DNA of 5,200 bases, from the IMG/VR virus record IMGVR_UViG_3300045988_055167, positions 1 to 5,200 of that record; one strand, 5' to 3'. Below are positions 3,960-5,200 of this stretch, in pieces (positions within the stretch are counted from its first letter, which is position 1; the number at the start of each line of letters is the position of its first letter). The notes under the pieces were generated by a model. That model did not search any database. It was not told where the DNA came from and saw only the letters and a list, made by a program, of their open reading frames with translations. The translations under genes and the position numbers were made by a program. The stretch comes from a virus.

Positions 3960-5200
3960 ATGTTAGATAATAACTCAAAATTTAGTTACGTTCCTGGAAC
4001 GCGCGCAAGTCGTTCTATTTTTGATTTGAGTAACAGTGTTAAAACGTCATTCGATGCCGCCCAGCTCGTTCCTTTTTACTATGAGGAAGTTCTGCCCGGA
4101 GATACTTTTAATCTCGAAACGAATCTCATTGCCCGTATGCAGACTCTTGTTGCTCCTGTAATGGATGATCTTTACCTTGATTTCTTCTATTTTTTCGTCC
4201 CTAACAGAATCGTTTGGGATCATTGGAAGGAATTTATGGGTGAAAATACGAAGTCGGCATGGTACCCGGAAACGGAGTACAACGTGCCGCAGATTTCGGT
4301 CGCTCCATCTAAATCTGTAGCCGCTAAGTCTGTAGCGGACTATTTCGGCATTCCGCCGATTACTGTTCCGCAGGGTGAAAAGAACGCTTTCACTTTTTCC
4401 GCCCTTCCTTTCCGCGCCTACGCGGAAATCTGGAATGAATGGTTCAGAGACGAAAATCTGCAGGATCCAGTTCTTGTGGATCACGGAGATTCTACGCATA
4501 CATATGACGCAAATTCCGCTGTAGATGGTGGTGCTTTGCTTTATGCAAATAAGTACCATGACTATTTCACGAGTGCTCTTCCTTCGCCGCAGAAGGGCGC
4601 AGATGTGACAATCCCTATTGGTACTATTGCGCCTGTATATCCTACTAATGCGTCACAGCTCGGTAATGTTGAGAAGACATACCCTGTTTCTGTTCTTGAG
4701 TGGCGTAACTCTAATGATGCTGCCCTTCCGGCTCGTGGTGGTTTAGGTATTTTAGGATCTGGTGCTACTGATCCGTCCGGTTTGGCTGGTGTTACGTTTC
4801 TTGATCAGGAAGATAATGCTGGTATTTCCGGTAGTCCATATCCATCTAATCTGATCGCAGATATCGGATCAATTCCTTCTACATCTATCAATCAGCTTCG
4901 TTTGGCGTTTGCAACACAGGCTCTTTTAGAGAAAGATGCTCGTGGTGGAACTCGTTATCGTGAGATTATTAAGTCTCATTTTGCGACTAACTCCCCAGAT
5001 GCTCGCCAGCAGGTTCCAGAGCTTTTGTCATATAATCGTGTCCCGATCCAGATCAATCAGGTGGTTCAGAATTCGTCTAGTACAGACAACTCTCCGCAGG
5101 GAAATACTGCCGCCTATTCTCTTACAGCGGATAGCGATGGCTCATTTTTGAAATCGTTTACAGAACATGGTATGGTCATTGGCGTTATGTGCGCGCGCTA
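3960..5200 (+). CDS. VP1: Major capsid protein VP1 (phiX174 F-like jelly roll), N-terminal 413 codons. The ORF runs off the window end with no stop and continues in frame across the circular junction into 1..558; 5082..5200 duplicates 1..119. Full gene = 3960..5081 + 1..558 = 559 aa.
   Basis: ATG at 3960 preceded by GAAAGGAGAT (AGGAG 3950-3954, 5-nt spacer). Translation MLDNNSKFSYVPGTRASRSIFDLSNSVKTSFDAAQLVPFYYEEVLPGDTFNLETNLIARMQTLVAPVMDDLYLDFFYFFVPNRIVWDHWKEF... is the highly conserved gokushovirus VP1 N-terminus. No in-frame stop through 5200. The frame is continuous with ORF 1..558 once the 5081-nt period is taken into account. It is missing from the ORF track only because it has no stop inside the window. 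Confidence 0.93.
   Translation, partial: MLDNNSKFSYVPGTRASRSIFDLSNSVKTSFDAAQLVPFYYEEVLPGDTFNLETNLIARMQTLVAPVMDDLYLDFFYFFVPNRIVWDHWKEFMGENTKSAWYPETEYNVPQISVAPSKSVAAKSVADYFGIPPITVPQGEKNAFTFSALPFRAYAEIWNEWFRDENLQDPVLVDHGDSTHTYDANSAVDGGALLYANKYHDYFTSALPSPQKGADVTIPIGTIAPVYPTNASQLGNVEKTYPVSVLEWRNSNDAALPARGGLGILGSGATDPSGLAGVTFLDQEDNAGISGSPYPSNLIADIGSIPSTSINQLRLAFATQALLEKDARGGTRYREIIKSHFATNSPDARQQVPELLSYNRVPIQINQVVQNSSSTDNSPQGNTAAYSLTADSDGSFLKSFTEHGMVIGVMCAR
5082..5200 (+). repeat. Terminal redundancy, copy 2: identical to 1..119.
   Basis: See copy 1. Confidence 0.95.

Noticed and set aside
4047-4559. 170-aa minus-strand ORF antisense to VP1
   Set aside because: It lies entirely inside the highly conserved VP1 coding region on the opposite strand. 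No start signal. Typical antisense ghost ORF.
1-5200. tRNA, rRNA, CRISPR array, integrase/attachment site, toxin-antitoxin or defence genes
   Set aside because: No cloverleaf-capable conserved tRNA motifs, no spaced direct repeats, and no ORFs outside the six phage genes. The 5.08-kb genome is fully accounted for by microvirus genes and their hairpin spacers.

Overview
This window is slightly more than one complete copy of a small circular ssDNA phage genome of the Microviridae, subfamily Gokushovirinae type. Positions 1-119 are identical to 5082-5200, so the replicon is 5081 nt and the window wraps around the circle. All credible genes are on the + strand and tightly packed (about 90% coding).

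Gene order on the + strand:
- VP1 major capsid: 3960..5081 joined to 1..558, 559 aa.
- VP2 DNA pilot / minor capsid: 624..1442.
- VP4 rolling-circle replication initiator: 1691..2701.
- 78-aa tail-anchored, Cys-rich membrane protein: 2811..3047.
- VP5-like small conserved protein: 3060..3335.
- VP3 internal scaffold: 3328..3870.

Nearly every gene has a strong Shine-Dalgarno site, and three of them share an identical GAAAGGAGA 9-mer. Stable stem-loops fill each intergenic space. The 190-nt VP2-VP4 spacer holds a dense cluster of at least six hairpins, some with G5/C5 stems, and is a candidate complementary-strand origin and/or terminator set.

The most interesting candidates for undescribed function are the 78-aa membrane protein, whose architecture is reminiscent of the MS2 L single-gene lysis protein, and a 106-codon hydrophobic ORF embedded out of frame in VP3, in the manner of phiX174 E in D. 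The embedded ORF is probably a codon-bias artefact. No gokushovirus lysis gene is known.

No tRNA, rRNA, CRISPR or mobile elements were seen. All protein identifications rest on motifs recalled from memory (Rep motifs I-III, the VP2 QREVADLKKAGLNP box, VP1 N-terminal and C-terminal signatures, VP3 and VP5 patterns). No database search was possible.
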